A DNA stretch of 52,434 nucleotides. Source: Bacteroidales bacterium. GTDB taxonomy: Bacteria > Bacteroidota > Bacteroidia > Bacteroidales > ML635J-15. Location of the stretch: contig JALOAQ010000002.1 of assembly GCA_023228725.1 (NCBI GenBank), forward strand, positions 1 to 52,434. Direction: 5' to 3'. Below are positions 1-9,105 of this stretch, one piece after another; position 1 is the stretch's first letter, and every line of letters begins with the position of its first letter. The notes below the pieces were generated by a model that saw only the letters and a list, made by a program, of their open reading frames with translations, was not told where the DNA came from and searched no databases. The translations under genes were made by a program, and so were the position numbers.

Positions 1-29
1 GAAAATTCTAATCAAGAAAATGTGTTTTA

Positions 30-1280
30 ATGAAAAAACTTATTGTTTATTTATTGTTTTTTAATTTATCTGTTTTAATTTTTGCTCAAAATTATGAGAA
101 AGATATTCTAAGCTTAGAAAATCGTTTACTTAAACTTAATATTGAAAAAGATAGTATTTTTAATTGTTTAGAAGATTTAAAATTAAAAGCTTTAAAATTT
201 GATTTGCTTGAAAATGGCTTACCTGAAATTTTAGATAATGAAGACTTAATTTGCCATTCAGCATATTGTTTGGTTTATGATGATAATCATAAAATGGCAA
301 AATGGACGGCTCATATTATTTCGCATGAGGTTGTAAATGGTGTGGTTTCTAGAACAAATGATTTTAGAGCAGATACTTTAATAAAAAATGGAACTGCAGA
401 AGAACTTGATTATTTTTTGAAATATATAGACGAAAACGGTAAGACGCAGTATGATGGTTTTGGTTATGACAGAGGACATTTAGCCCCTTCGGCTGACTTT
501 AGGTGGTCTGCAAAAGCTCTTTCAGAATCTTATTATTATTCAAATATGACACCTCAATTGCCGGAATTTAATCGTGAAATTTGGGCAGAAATTGAAGATT
601 TTTTAAGACAATATGTTTATGATAATCCTACAAAAGATTTATATCTTGTTACAGCTCCGGTGATTAAAGATGATTTGAAAAAGCAAGAAAGAAGTAAAAA
701 TAAAATTTCTATTCCTGAATATCATTATAAAATAGCCGTTGACTTAGAAGATAAAAAAGGAATAGCATTTTTAGTTCCTCAACAAAATCTAGGTTATCCT
801 ATTGAGTCTTATGTTGTTACAATTGATTCTATAGAAAATATTACAAATATTAATTTTTATCCAAAACTATCTGAACAAGATGAGAAATTAATAGAATCTG
901 TTTCGGATATTAAAAAATGGCGTTCGGGTAGAGATAAAAATGATGTTGCACCTTTAGATATAAGAACTCTACCAAAAAACTCTCATAATACTGTTAATGC
1001 AAGACAATTTTACGAATATCCTAAAGAAGTTAATATTTGTGGCACAGTTGTTAGTACTCATAAGTCTAAAAATGGACATGTTTTTATAAATTTAGATAAA
1101 AGCTTTCCTAATCAGGTATTTACTGCTACAATTTGGAAGTCAAATACTATTAATTTTTCATATGAGCCAGAAAAGTTTTTGTTAAATAAAAAGGTTTGCA
1201 TAAAAGGAAAAGTTAAAGATTATCAAGGAACGCCTTCTACTTATCCTAAAAACGAAAAGGCTATAAAAATTTTGGACTAG
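30..1280 (+). CDS. Secreted DNA/RNA non-specific endonuclease (beta-beta-alpha-Me, Serratia NucA family) with C-terminal OB-fold-like module
   Basis: Signal peptide MKKLIVYLLFFNLSVLIFAQ. Nuclease motifs YDRGHLAPSADF and SNMTPQ. The C-terminal ~90 aa (ICGTVVS...VCIKGKVKDYQGTP) resembles an OB-fold nucleic-acid-binding domain. Confidence 0.8.
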   Translation: MKKLIVYLLFFNLSVLIFAQNYEKDILSLENRLLKLNIEKDSIFNCLEDLKLKALKFDLLENGLPEILDNEDLICHSAYCLVYDDNHKMAKWTAHIISHEVVNGVVSRTNDFRADTLIKNGTAEELDYFLKYIDENGKTQYDGFGYDRGHLAPSADFRWSAKALSESYYYSNMTPQLPEFNREIWAEIEDFLRQYVYDNPTKDLYLVTAPVIKDDLKKQERSKNKISIPEYHYKIAVDLEDKKGIAFLVPQQNLGYPIESYVVTIDSIENITNINFYPKLSEQDEKLIESVSDIKKWRSGRDKNDVAPLDIRTLPKNSHNTVNARQFYEYPKEVNICGTVVSTHKSKNGHVFINLDKSFPNQVFTATIWKSNTINFSYEPEKFLLNKKVCIKGKVKDYQGTPSTYPKNEKAIKILD

Positions 1281-1293
1281 TTTTATTTTTTCA

Positions 1294-3126
1294 CTATATA
1301 GAGTCTAAGTAATCGTTTAGATTTCTATATTTTTCAAATTTCATTTTTTTTCTAATTCTATAAAGTCTTTTATATACTCCGTCTGTTGTAATATTAGTTA
1401 ATTGAGCAATATCTTTAGGGCTTAAATTTATTTTCATATAAATTAAGAACTTTAAATCTGATTTTGTAAGTTTAGGAAAGTTTAATTGTAGGTTTGTAAC
1501 AAAGCTTGAATTAATTTTTTCAAAATTAAGTTTTAATTGCTCCCAGTCATCATCAAGTTTTAGGTTTGCTTCTAAAATTTGCGTTATTTGAGAATAGTTT
1601 GCTTTTTCCTGTGGAGTTTTGGCATCTGTTTTATTCAAAAAATCTGAAATTTCGCTCAAAGTTCTGTTTTTATTTAAAACCTGCATAGTGCTTGCAAGCA
1701 ATTCTTTTTTGTTATGTTCTAATTCTGCGTGTAATTTGGCTCTATGCAATTCGTTAAACTTTTGTTCAGTCAGCAGTTGGTTTTCAATTAACTCACGCTT
1801 AGTTTTTTCTTGTTCTTGTTTAAACTTATTAAATATTTGTTCTTGTTCTAAAAGCTCTTCATTAGATTTTAAGAGTTTTGATTTTACTCTAAAAAAATAA
1901 AATAAAAGTGAGCTTATTATTATTAGGGCGATAATAATAATAATTAAAAATTGGTTAAAATTTTTCTTTATTTTAGCTTCATTTTGTAATATTTTAATTT
2001 GATTATCTTTTTTTTCTGTGTTGTAAATTAAACTCATTTCTGCAATAATGCTTTTTGTGTTTTCATCAATAATCGAATCTCTATATTGAATATATTGATT
2101 ATAAAATAGATATGCATTTTCATAATCTTGGGTAGATAAATAATATTCAGAAATTTGCAAAAAAGCTTGAGCTTGTTCCGCAATGTTTCCAATTTGTTGG
2201 CGGTATTCTAAACTTTGATTTAATAATTTTATTGCTGCATCGTAATCATTATTATTAAGATACCATTTTGCTTGCTCAGCATAAACACTTGCAATTCCTT
2301 GAATATTATTGTTTTGTGAAAATAACAATAAAGCAGAATCTAAACATATTTTAGCTTTTTCTGAATTTTTTATTTCATTGTAATAAGTTCCTGCATTATA
2401 ATATGCCGTAGCTGCTTCGGTTAGTTGATTTAAGTTTAAGGAAATACTAATAGATTTATAAATATAAGAAATAGCCTTAGAGTAGTTTTGGTAAGTAAAA
2501 GCTAAACTTGCCAAATTATTATAAACATTGGCTTGTCCTGTTAAATTATTTATTTCAATAAATAAATTCAAAGCTTTTTGATAATAATTTTCGGCCTCTT
2601 TTTTTTGTTCTAACAAATCAGAAATTACGCCTAAATTATTATATATTTCGGCTTGCCCTTTTTTAGAATTTGTTGTTTCGTAAATTTTAAGAGCTTGAAA
2701 AAAATACTCAACAGCTTGGTTATATTGGCTTAAATGCTGATATGCAAGCCCAAGTCTGTTTAAAGCGGCTGCAATTTCATCTTTATTATCTGTTTTAAGA
2801 ATATTTTGATATGAAAGTTCGTAATAATAAAGTGCGGAGTCTAAAATTCCCGTAAATAAATGCGAGTTTGCCAAATTTACATAAGCATTTGAAACTATTA
2901 AAAAATCATTATTTTCTAATCCTATTATTTTGGCAGAATCTGCGTAAAGTCTTGATTTGGCAATATTAAAATCTAAATAATAATCTGAAAGCTTATTATA
3001 TATTTCAGCTTTATAAGTTTTTGTTTTAGCCGTTTTTAAACAATTTTCCAAGCTATCTAATTGAGCATTAGCAAATAAGCTAAATACAAGAAGAAACAGG
3101 AAAATAATATTTTTTAATTTTATCAA
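1294..3126 (-). CDS. TPR-repeat membrane-anchored regulator with C-terminal LuxR-type HTH
   Basis: N-terminal signal/anchor and many TPR-like repeats (AEIYNNLG, ANVYNNLA, ALNRLGLAY). Internal TM helix FLIIIIIALIIISSLLFYFF, then a coiled coil. C-terminal HTH LSPKDIAQLTNITTDGVYKRLYRIRKK. Confidence 0.7.
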   Translation of the reverse strand: MIKLKNIIFLFLLVFSLFANAQLDSLENCLKTAKTKTYKAEIYNKLSDYYLDFNIAKSRLYADSAKIIGLENNDFLIVSNAYVNLANSHLFTGILDSALYYYELSYQNILKTDNKDEIAAALNRLGLAYQHLSQYNQAVEYFFQALKIYETTNSKKGQAEIYNNLGVISDLLEQKKEAENYYQKALNLFIEINNLTGQANVYNNLASLAFTYQNYSKAISYIYKSISISLNLNQLTEAATAYYNAGTYYNEIKNSEKAKICLDSALLLFSQNNNIQGIASVYAEQAKWYLNNNDYDAAIKLLNQSLEYRQQIGNIAEQAQAFLQISEYYLSTQDYENAYLFYNQYIQYRDSIIDENTKSIIAEMSLIYNTEKKDNQIKILQNEAKIKKNFNQFLIIIIIALIIISSLLFYFFRVKSKLLKSNEELLEQEQIFNKFKQEQEKTKRELIENQLLTEQKFNELHRAKLHAELEHNKKELLASTMQVLNKNRTLSEISDFLNKTDAKTPQEKANYSQITQILEANLKLDDDWEQLKLNFEKINSSFVTNLQLNFPKLTKSDLKFLIYMKINLSPKDIAQLTNITTDGVYKRLYRIRKKMKFEKYRNLNDYLDSI

Positions 3127-3217
3127 GCTTTAAACTTTAAAAATCAAATATAATTGTTTTTTTAAAAATTACGTAAAATAAAAAAACAAAAACACTTTTT
3201 ATTTAAAAATATATATT

Positions 3218-3225
3218 TATCTTTG
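3218..3225 (+). promoter_or_regulatory. Bacteroidota-type -7 promoter box TATCTTTG (TAnnTTTG) for tRNA-Leu
   Basis: Exact TAnnTTTG match ending 12 nt upstream of the tRNA 5' end. Confidence 0.5.
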
Positions 3226-3237
3226 CAGCTCAATTTT

Positions 3238-3319
3238 GCGGATGTGGCGAAATTGGTAGACGCGCTAGACTTAGGATCTAGTGCCGCAAGGCGTGGGGGT
3301 TCGAGTCCCTTCATCCGCA
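3238..3319 (+). tRNA. tRNA-Leu (anticodon TAG), class II with long variable arm, no encoded CCA
   Basis: Manual cloverleaf. Acceptor GCGGATG/CATCCGC, D arm GCG-AAATTGGTAGA-CGC, anticodon stem CTAGA/TCTAG with loop CTTAGGA. Variable arm GCC-GCAA-GGC, T loop TTCGAGT, discriminator A. Confidence 0.9.
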
Positions 3320-3323
3320 CAAC

Positions 3324-3365
3324 AACCGCATGAGTTTCAAACTAAGAAACAAATGCGGTTTTTTA
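3324..3365 (+). terminator. Rho-independent terminator after tRNA-Leu
   Basis: 8-bp stem AACCGCAT/ATGCGGTT with a 21-nt loop, followed by a T run. Confidence 0.6.
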
Positions 3366-3404
3366 ACATTTTAAAAATTATAATTAAAATAAAAACTAAA
3401 CTTA

Positions 3405-4751
3405 ATGGAAGTTGTAAAAAATCAAATTGACGAGCTAAACGCAACTTTAACTGTAAATGTTGCTAATTCTGATGTGGAAGAAAACGTTGAAAAAACCCTT
3501 AAAGAATATCGCCGTAAAGCTAATGTACCAGGATTTAGACCAGGTAATGTGCCAATTGGACTAATTAAAAAAATGTACGGTACTGCTGTTAGAGTTGATG
3601 AATTAAATAAAACTGTTTCAAAAGCTATTACAGATTATATTACAGAAAATAAACTAAATATTCTTGGCGACCCTCTTCCTAGCGAGAGTCAAGAGCAAAT
3701 AGATTTAGAAAAGAATGATAGTTTTAGTTTTATTTTTGACATTGCTTTAGCACCTGAGTTTGAAGTTAAGCTTAGTAAAGAAGATAAGCTAACTAAATAT
3801 TTGATTAATATTGATGATAAAATGTTGGAGGACGGAGTTGAGCAAAATAAACAAAGATTTGGAGGTTTTGAAAATATAGAAAAATCAACCGAAGAATCTA
3901 TGCTAACTGTTGATATGACTGAGCTTACTCCTGAGGGAGAACTTAAAGAAAATGGATTAGAATTATTCGACTCTTCAATTTCTTTAAAAGTTATAAAAGA
4001 TGAAAATATTAAAAAAGAACTTGTTGGCTTAGAAATAAATACTATTAAAGACATTGATTTAAAACTTGCTTACCCAAATGATACAGAGCTTTCATCTTTA
4101 TTAGGTGTTTCAAAAGAAGATTTAGACAAGTTAAGCAATTTATTTAGAATTACTATAAAGCTTATAAAAGAATATAGAGCAGCTGAGTTAAATCAAGAAT
4201 TATTTGATAAGGTTTTTGGTGAAAATGCAGTAAGTAGTGAAGCTGAATTTGTTGAAAAAATAAAAGAAGAAATGCAGTCGGCTTATTTGCGTGAAACTAA
4301 GTATAAATTATTTTTAGATGCAAAAGAGGCTGTAATTAAAAAAACAAACATGACTTTGCCTGAGGCTTTTTTAGAAAGATGGATTAAAGTTTCAAATAAA
4401 GAACTTACAGAAGAACAAATTAAAAACGAGTTCCCAAGATTTATTGAAGATTTAAAATGGACGCTAATTAAAACCAATATTGCGAAAACTAATGAGTTTA
4501 AAGTTAATGATGAGGACTTGGAAAATGTAGCAAAAGAGCAATTGAGAGCACAGTTTGTTCAATATGGAATGTCTAATATCCCTGAAGATATTTTAGATAA
4601 ATACGCAAAAGAAAGCTTACAGAATAAAGAAGAGCTAAACAAGTTTTATGAAAGAGCTATTGAAGACAAGGTTGTTGATTTTATAATAGATGAATTTGAA
4701 CTTGAAGAAAAAGAAATCAGCCTTGATGAGTTTTATAAACTTTTTAATTAA
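3405..4751 (+). CDS. tig: Trigger factor (ribosome-associated chaperone/PPIase)
   Basis: N-terminal ribosome-binding signature VPGFRPGNVP, about 450 aa, acidic composition typical of trigger factor. Confidence 0.9.
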   Translation: MEVVKNQIDELNATLTVNVANSDVEENVEKTLKEYRRKANVPGFRPGNVPIGLIKKMYGTAVRVDELNKTVSKAITDYITENKLNILGDPLPSESQEQIDLEKNDSFSFIFDIALAPEFEVKLSKEDKLTKYLINIDDKMLEDGVEQNKQRFGGFENIEKSTEESMLTVDMTELTPEGELKENGLELFDSSISLKVIKDENIKKELVGLEINTIKDIDLKLAYPNDTELSSLLGVSKEDLDKLSNLFRITIKLIKEYRAAELNQELFDKVFGENAVSSEAEFVEKIKEEMQSAYLRETKYKLFLDAKEAVIKKTNMTLPEAFLERWIKVSNKELTEEQIKNEFPRFIEDLKWTLIKTNIAKTNEFKVNDEDLENVAKEQLRAQFVQYGMSNIPEDILDKYAKESLQNKEELNKFYERAIEDKVVDFIIDEFELEEKEISLDEFYKLFN

Positions 4752-4800
4752 TAGTATTATTACAAGTTTAGAAGATTAAAAAATCTACTTTACTAATATT

Positions 4801-5970
4801 TTATTTTAAGTTTTCGAAACCATTTTCTATTTCAAAACTTACTCTTTTAAAAACTTCTTCAAAGCTACCCATTCCATCAATTTTTACTACTCCGTGTAGC
4901 TCGTTGTATTTTTCTATAACTGGAACAGTTTTGGTTTCGTGGTCTTGTAGTCTTTGAACAATTTTAGCAGTACTTGAATCATATGGCATACATTCTTCTG
5001 TTTTACTTCTTTCGTCTAATCTTTTTATTAATTCAAGAGTTGGCACTTCTATTTCAATAATTTTAGAAATAGCTGAGCCATGTTTTTTTAACAAACCGTC
5101 TAAAATATATGACTGAACAAGAGTTCGTGGAAAACCTTTAAAAATAAATCCTTTTACATCTTTTGAGTTTTCAATTTTCTTTTCAATTAGAGGAACAACT
5201 ATATCATCCGGAATTAATTTACCATTATCAAATAATTCTTTAATTTGTTTACCAATTTCAGTATTTTTAGAAATTTCTTCTTGTAACATAGGACCTGTGG
5301 CAACATATTCTAAACCGTATTTTTTAGCAATTGCTCTACCTTGCGAACCTCTTCCTGAACCTGGATAGCCAAACAAAACGATATTTAGTAAACGTTTACT
5401 TAGTTCTTTTTTGATAATAGATTTTACATTTTTTTGCACATTTTCAACAGATTGTGTGCCGTCAATTTCTGTAAAAACTCCTTTTTCTTCGTAAAATTTT
5501 ATTACTGGTAAAGTTTTATCATTATACTCTTTTAAACGGTTTTTAATTACCGTTTCATTATCATCTGAGCGTCCTGAGCTTTGCCCTCTTTTAAGTAAAC
5601 GCTCGACAGAAACTTTTTCCGGAACTTTTAAACTTATCAGGCAATTTAGCGAAGTATTTAATTTAATCATTAAACCTTCTAGTATGTAAGCTTGAATATA
5701 TGTACGAGGAAAACCGTCAAATAAAAAACCGTTTGCATCCGGATTTTCGGTAATAGTTTTTTCAATAATTTGAACAATAATTTCGTCTGATACTAAACCG
5801 CCAGCGGAAATAATGCTTTGAGCTTCTAAACCTAATTTAGTTTTATTTTTAATTTCTTGGCGTAATAAATCACCTGTAGAAATATAAAATAAGTTGTAAT
5901 CATTGATTAAAGTTTCTGATTGAGTGCCTTTCCCAGCTCCGGGAGGTCCAAATAGAGCAATATTTAACAT
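4801..5970 (-). CDS. adk: Tandem two-domain adenylate kinase (short-LID AK1-like domain 1 plus divergent domain 2)
   Basis: Domain 1 has P-loop GPPGAGKGTQ, DGFPRT and LID RLLKRGQSSGRSDDNE. Domain 2 (from about residue 195) has GYPGSGRGSQ, KGFPRT and a LID without the Arg cluster. Confidence 0.8.
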   Translation of the reverse strand: MLNIALFGPPGAGKGTQSETLINDYNLFYISTGDLLRQEIKNKTKLGLEAQSIISAGGLVSDEIIVQIIEKTITENPDANGFLFDGFPRTYIQAYILEGLMIKLNTSLNCLISLKVPEKVSVERLLKRGQSSGRSDDNETVIKNRLKEYNDKTLPVIKFYEEKGVFTEIDGTQSVENVQKNVKSIIKKELSKRLLNIVLFGYPGSGRGSQGRAIAKKYGLEYVATGPMLQEEISKNTEIGKQIKELFDNGKLIPDDIVVPLIEKKIENSKDVKGFIFKGFPRTLVQSYILDGLLKKHGSAISKIIEIEVPTLELIKRLDERSKTEECMPYDSSTAKIVQRLQDHETKTVPVIEKYNELHGVVKIDGMGSFEEVFKRVSFEIENGFENLK

Positions 5971-6150
5971 AAAGATATATTTTTTGCAAGATAAATAAAA
6001 TATTTGATTTTTATGGAAAATATTATGAAGAAATAAAACAAAAGAAAATTTTATAAATTTGTTAAAAAAATTTGTTTTGTATTAAAAAAATATTTAATAT
6101 TGTAGTTTTAGAGCGAGAAAAATATTGTTTGTTTAAAAAATTAATGCATT

Positions 6151-7437
6151 ATGAATAGAATTAAATTATTTTTAGGAATTTTGTTTGTTAGTTCTTACTT
6201 TATTGGATTTTCTCAAAGTGTGGGTATTTCTGAAAATTTTATTACACCTTATGAATCCTCGATTTTAGAAGTACGTTCAGCAAATAAAGGGGTTTTAATA
6301 CCAAGAGTTGCTTTAACAGGAATTAGCGACCAAACTACTATTCTTAGTCCAACAAACTCTTTATTAGTTTATAACACCAATAGTGCAGGGATTACACCTA
6401 ATAATGTAACACCGGGTTATTATTATTGGAATACAACAGCTAATAAATGGATAAAAATGGGTTCAGGAATAGATGATGAATATTGGAAATTAACAGGAAA
6501 TGTGAATACAAACCCTGGTAGTCATTTTATAGGCACAACAGATTCTCATGCTTTAGTTTTTAAAACTAATAATGCGGAAAGAATGCGAATTACTCATGAC
6601 GGAAAAGTTGGCATAGGAACAGATTCTCCTTGGGGAGCATTGCAGTTATCAAATGGACGCTTTGTTATTGAAAATGAGGCTGATTATGTTGGACCCGGCT
6701 CAACTGCATATAAAGATAATGCTTGGGTGTATTTATCAAGTAAAAAAACACCTACGGCAAATCAAGGTGGAAATATTATTTTTTCGGCTATGCAAAACAA
6801 TTCAACGCCTGCTGATATATGTATGATAGAAGGAGTTAGAGAAAATGCAACTATCAATAATACCGCTTCAAAGCTTGTTTTTTATACTCGTCCAGCTTCA
6901 GCCTCATTTTTAAGAAGAATGATTATTGACTCAAAAGGGCATATTACTTTTAAACCTGAAAATGTCAGTAATAAAGATATAATAATAAATGATTTGGGTG
7001 TAGGAGGAGGTGGAAGTGAACCAACAATTGTGCCTTCAGCAAATAGTTATGGATTTTTAGGTACAGATGCTAGGGCTTGGTGGAGAGGATATGCTCAAAC
7101 ATTTGTGTCAACTTCTTCAAAAAAATGGAAAACAAATATTGAAAATATTCCGCTTGATGAAAAACATAATATGATTCAGGATTTTAAAAATCTAAATGTT
7201 GTGAGTTATAATCCTACTCGTGAAATTACTGATACTCTTGGAAATGTTTTAGATATAGAAATAATGCCTAAAACTTTTGGATTAATTTCTGAAGACAGTC
7301 CAAAATATATTGTTGATGAATCCGGAAACGGTATTAAATTATATGAGTATATCTCTTTATTAACAATTAGCTTACAAGAATCTCTAGATAGAATAAAAGA
7401 ATTAGAAGAAAAAGTTAAAAAATTAGAAAAAGAATAA
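6151..7437 (+). CDS. Secreted tail-fibre-domain protein with C-terminal S74-type intramolecular chaperone-like domain and coiled coil
   Basis: Signal peptide. NNAERMRITHDGKVGIGT motif typical of Bacteroidota tail-fibre-domain proteins. SSKKWKTNIENI resembles the SDxRxKxNI autocleavage motif. Terminal coiled coil LDRIKELEEKVKKLEKE. Confidence 0.6.
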   Translation: MNRIKLFLGILFVSSYFIGFSQSVGISENFITPYESSILEVRSANKGVLIPRVALTGISDQTTILSPTNSLLVYNTNSAGITPNNVTPGYYYWNTTANKWIKMGSGIDDEYWKLTGNVNTNPGSHFIGTTDSHALVFKTNNAERMRITHDGKVGIGTDSPWGALQLSNGRFVIENEADYVGPGSTAYKDNAWVYLSSKKTPTANQGGNIIFSAMQNNSTPADICMIEGVRENATINNTASKLVFYTRPASASFLRRMIIDSKGHITFKPENVSNKDIIINDLGVGGGGSEPTIVPSANSYGFLGTDARAWWRGYAQTFVSTSSKKWKTNIENIPLDEKHNMIQDFKNLNVVSYNPTREITDTLGNVLDIEIMPKTFGLISEDSPKYIVDESGNGIKLYEYISLLTISLQESLDRIKELEEKVKKLEKE

Positions 7438-7529
7438 AAAACTATTAGTTTTAAGATTTTTAGCTATATAGTTAAACAGCCTCAACTTTTTTTCTTATTT
7501 TTGAATAAATACTAATTTATAAATTTTAA

Positions 7530-7537
7530 TAATTTTG
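7530..7537 (+). promoter_or_regulatory. -7 promoter box TAATTTTG
   Basis: Exact TAnnTTTG match 14 nt upstream of the ATG at 7552. Confidence 0.45.
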
Positions 7538-7551
7538 CAAGAAATTATTTT

Positions 7552-8064
7552 ATGAAAATTGGTCTTATTTCTGATACCCATGGATATTTAGATAAGGAAA
7601 TTCTTGATTTTTTTGCTGAATGTGATGAAATTTGGCATGCAGGAGATATTGGCTCTGAGCAAGTTTTAGATGAATTAGAAAAATTTAAACCTACAAGAGC
7701 AGTTTGGGGAAATATTGATGATACCAAAATCAGAATTAGAACCAAAGAGTTTTTAAGTTTTAAATGCCAAGGTTTAAAAATATTGATGACTCATATTGGG
7801 GGTTATCCCGGAAAATATTCTCAAAATATCAAAGCTTTGTTATTAGAACTAAAACCTGATGTTTTTATTGCAGGTCATTCTCATATTTTAAAAGTGATTT
7901 ATGATAAAAATTTTAATCTTTTACACATTAATCCTGGGGCGGCAGGAAACAAAGGATGGCATAAATTTGTTACTGCTATAAGGTTTGATATTGAAAAAGA
8001 GGAAAATTTTAAAACACTTGATGAGAAAATTAAAAATATAGATATTTTTGAGAAAAAAACTTGA
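7552..8064 (+). CDS. Metallophosphoesterase, YfcE/MJ0936 family
   Basis: Motifs ISDTHG, HAGD, GNID and AGHSH in canonical order. About 170 aa. Confidence 0.8.
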   Translation: MKIGLISDTHGYLDKEILDFFAECDEIWHAGDIGSEQVLDELEKFKPTRAVWGNIDDTKIRIRTKEFLSFKCQGLKILMTHIGGYPGKYSQNIKALLLELKPDVFIAGHSHILKVIYDKNFNLLHINPGAAGNKGWHKFVTAIRFDIEKEENFKTLDEKIKNIDIFEKKT

Positions 8065-8066
8065 TT

Positions 8067-9047
8067 ATGGAAAATTCCTATTTTGATAAAATTTTAAATG
8101 TAAAACACCTTGTAGAAAAATACGATATTCCTGTAATAGAGTGTAGTCAAACATTTTATGAAAAACATGGTATTAAACCTTGTTTGGCAGTTATTTTAAC
8201 TAACGAAGATCCTGGTTCTCTGTCTTATACTAAAGGAATAATACGTTTTTGCAATAAAAATAAAATTATATGCCGCGATTACAAAGTAAATTCCTCCCAA
8301 GAGCTTGTAGAAACAATAAAAACTCTGAATAATGATAATGAGGTACATGGAATTATGGTAATGTATCCAACAGAATATGTCGAAAAAGACACTGTTTTTA
8401 TGAATATGATAAATCCCTTAAAAGATGTTGAAGGTTTACATTATTCGTATTTAGGATATTTGGTTCAGTTTGAAAAATTTCGCGACCCAGAACATTTACA
8501 ACGTTTAGTAATTCCACCTACAGCTAAAGGAATTTTAAGTATTTTTAAGAGATATTGCCTTGATTATCAGGAGTTTTTTAATGAAAGAGCTTTTTATCCT
8601 GAAAATGTAAAATCAAATCCTTTTGATTTAGAGGGCAAACGAATTACTATAATAAATGATTCTCTTGCTGTTGGCAGGTCTTTGGCTTTGATGATGTTAA
8701 ACGAAAATGCTTATGTGCAAATTTGTCATCAATATACACCTTTTGAAAAAGTTTTAGAAAGTGTTTCTCTTTCTGATATTATTATTTCTGCTGTTCCTTC
8801 GCAAAATTTTAAAATTCCTACTGATTATGTGCCTAAAAATTCTATTGTAATTGATATTTCTTTTAATGGGAATTTTGATTATCCTTCAATTTTTGACAAA
8901 GTTTATAAAATTGCTCCTCGCTGGGATTTAGTTGAAAAAAATAATAGAATTAATGATATGACCCTAAATCGATTAATTTCTAATCTTCAGTATCTTGTAA
9001 ATTCTGCACTGCCTGAAGATGATTTAAGAAAGATGAAGCAATTTTAA
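8067..9047 (+). CDS. Divergent FolD-like (methylene-THF dehydrogenase/cyclohydrolase fold) protein
   Basis: LAVILTNEDPGSLSYTKGIIRFC...VHGIMVMYP...KDVEGLH...PPTAKGI aligns by eye to FolD (VLVGDNPASQIYVASKRKAC...DGILVQLPLP...KDVDGFH...PCTPRG). The ATG at 8067 is preferred over the TTG at 8061. Confidence 0.55.
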   Translation: MENSYFDKILNVKHLVEKYDIPVIECSQTFYEKHGIKPCLAVILTNEDPGSLSYTKGIIRFCNKNKIICRDYKVNSSQELVETIKTLNNDNEVHGIMVMYPTEYVEKDTVFMNMINPLKDVEGLHYSYLGYLVQFEKFRDPEHLQRLVIPPTAKGILSIFKRYCLDYQEFFNERAFYPENVKSNPFDLEGKRITIINDSLAVGRSLALMMLNENAYVQICHQYTPFEKVLESVSLSDIIISAVPSQNFKIPTDYVPKNSIVIDISFNGNFDYPSIFDKVYKIAPRWDLVEKNNRINDMTLNRLISNLQYLVNSALPEDDLRKMKQF

Positions 9048-9091
9048 TAAGTAAAAAAAATAAAAGCAATAATTTATTCCAATTATTTTCT

Positions 9092-9099
9092 TAGTTTTG
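9092..9099 (+). promoter_or_regulatory. -7 promoter box TAGTTTTG
   Basis: Exact TAnnTTTG match ending 6 nt before the ATG at 9106. This implies the TTG at 9097 in the ORF track is not the start. Confidence 0.45.
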
Positions 9100-9105
9100 C
9101 TGTTT

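Noticed and set aside
6151-7437. Prophage or phage remnant inferred from the tail-fibre-like gene
   Set aside because: No other phage-like genes, integrase or att-like repeats lie within the flanking 5 kb. Both neighbours are housekeeping genes.
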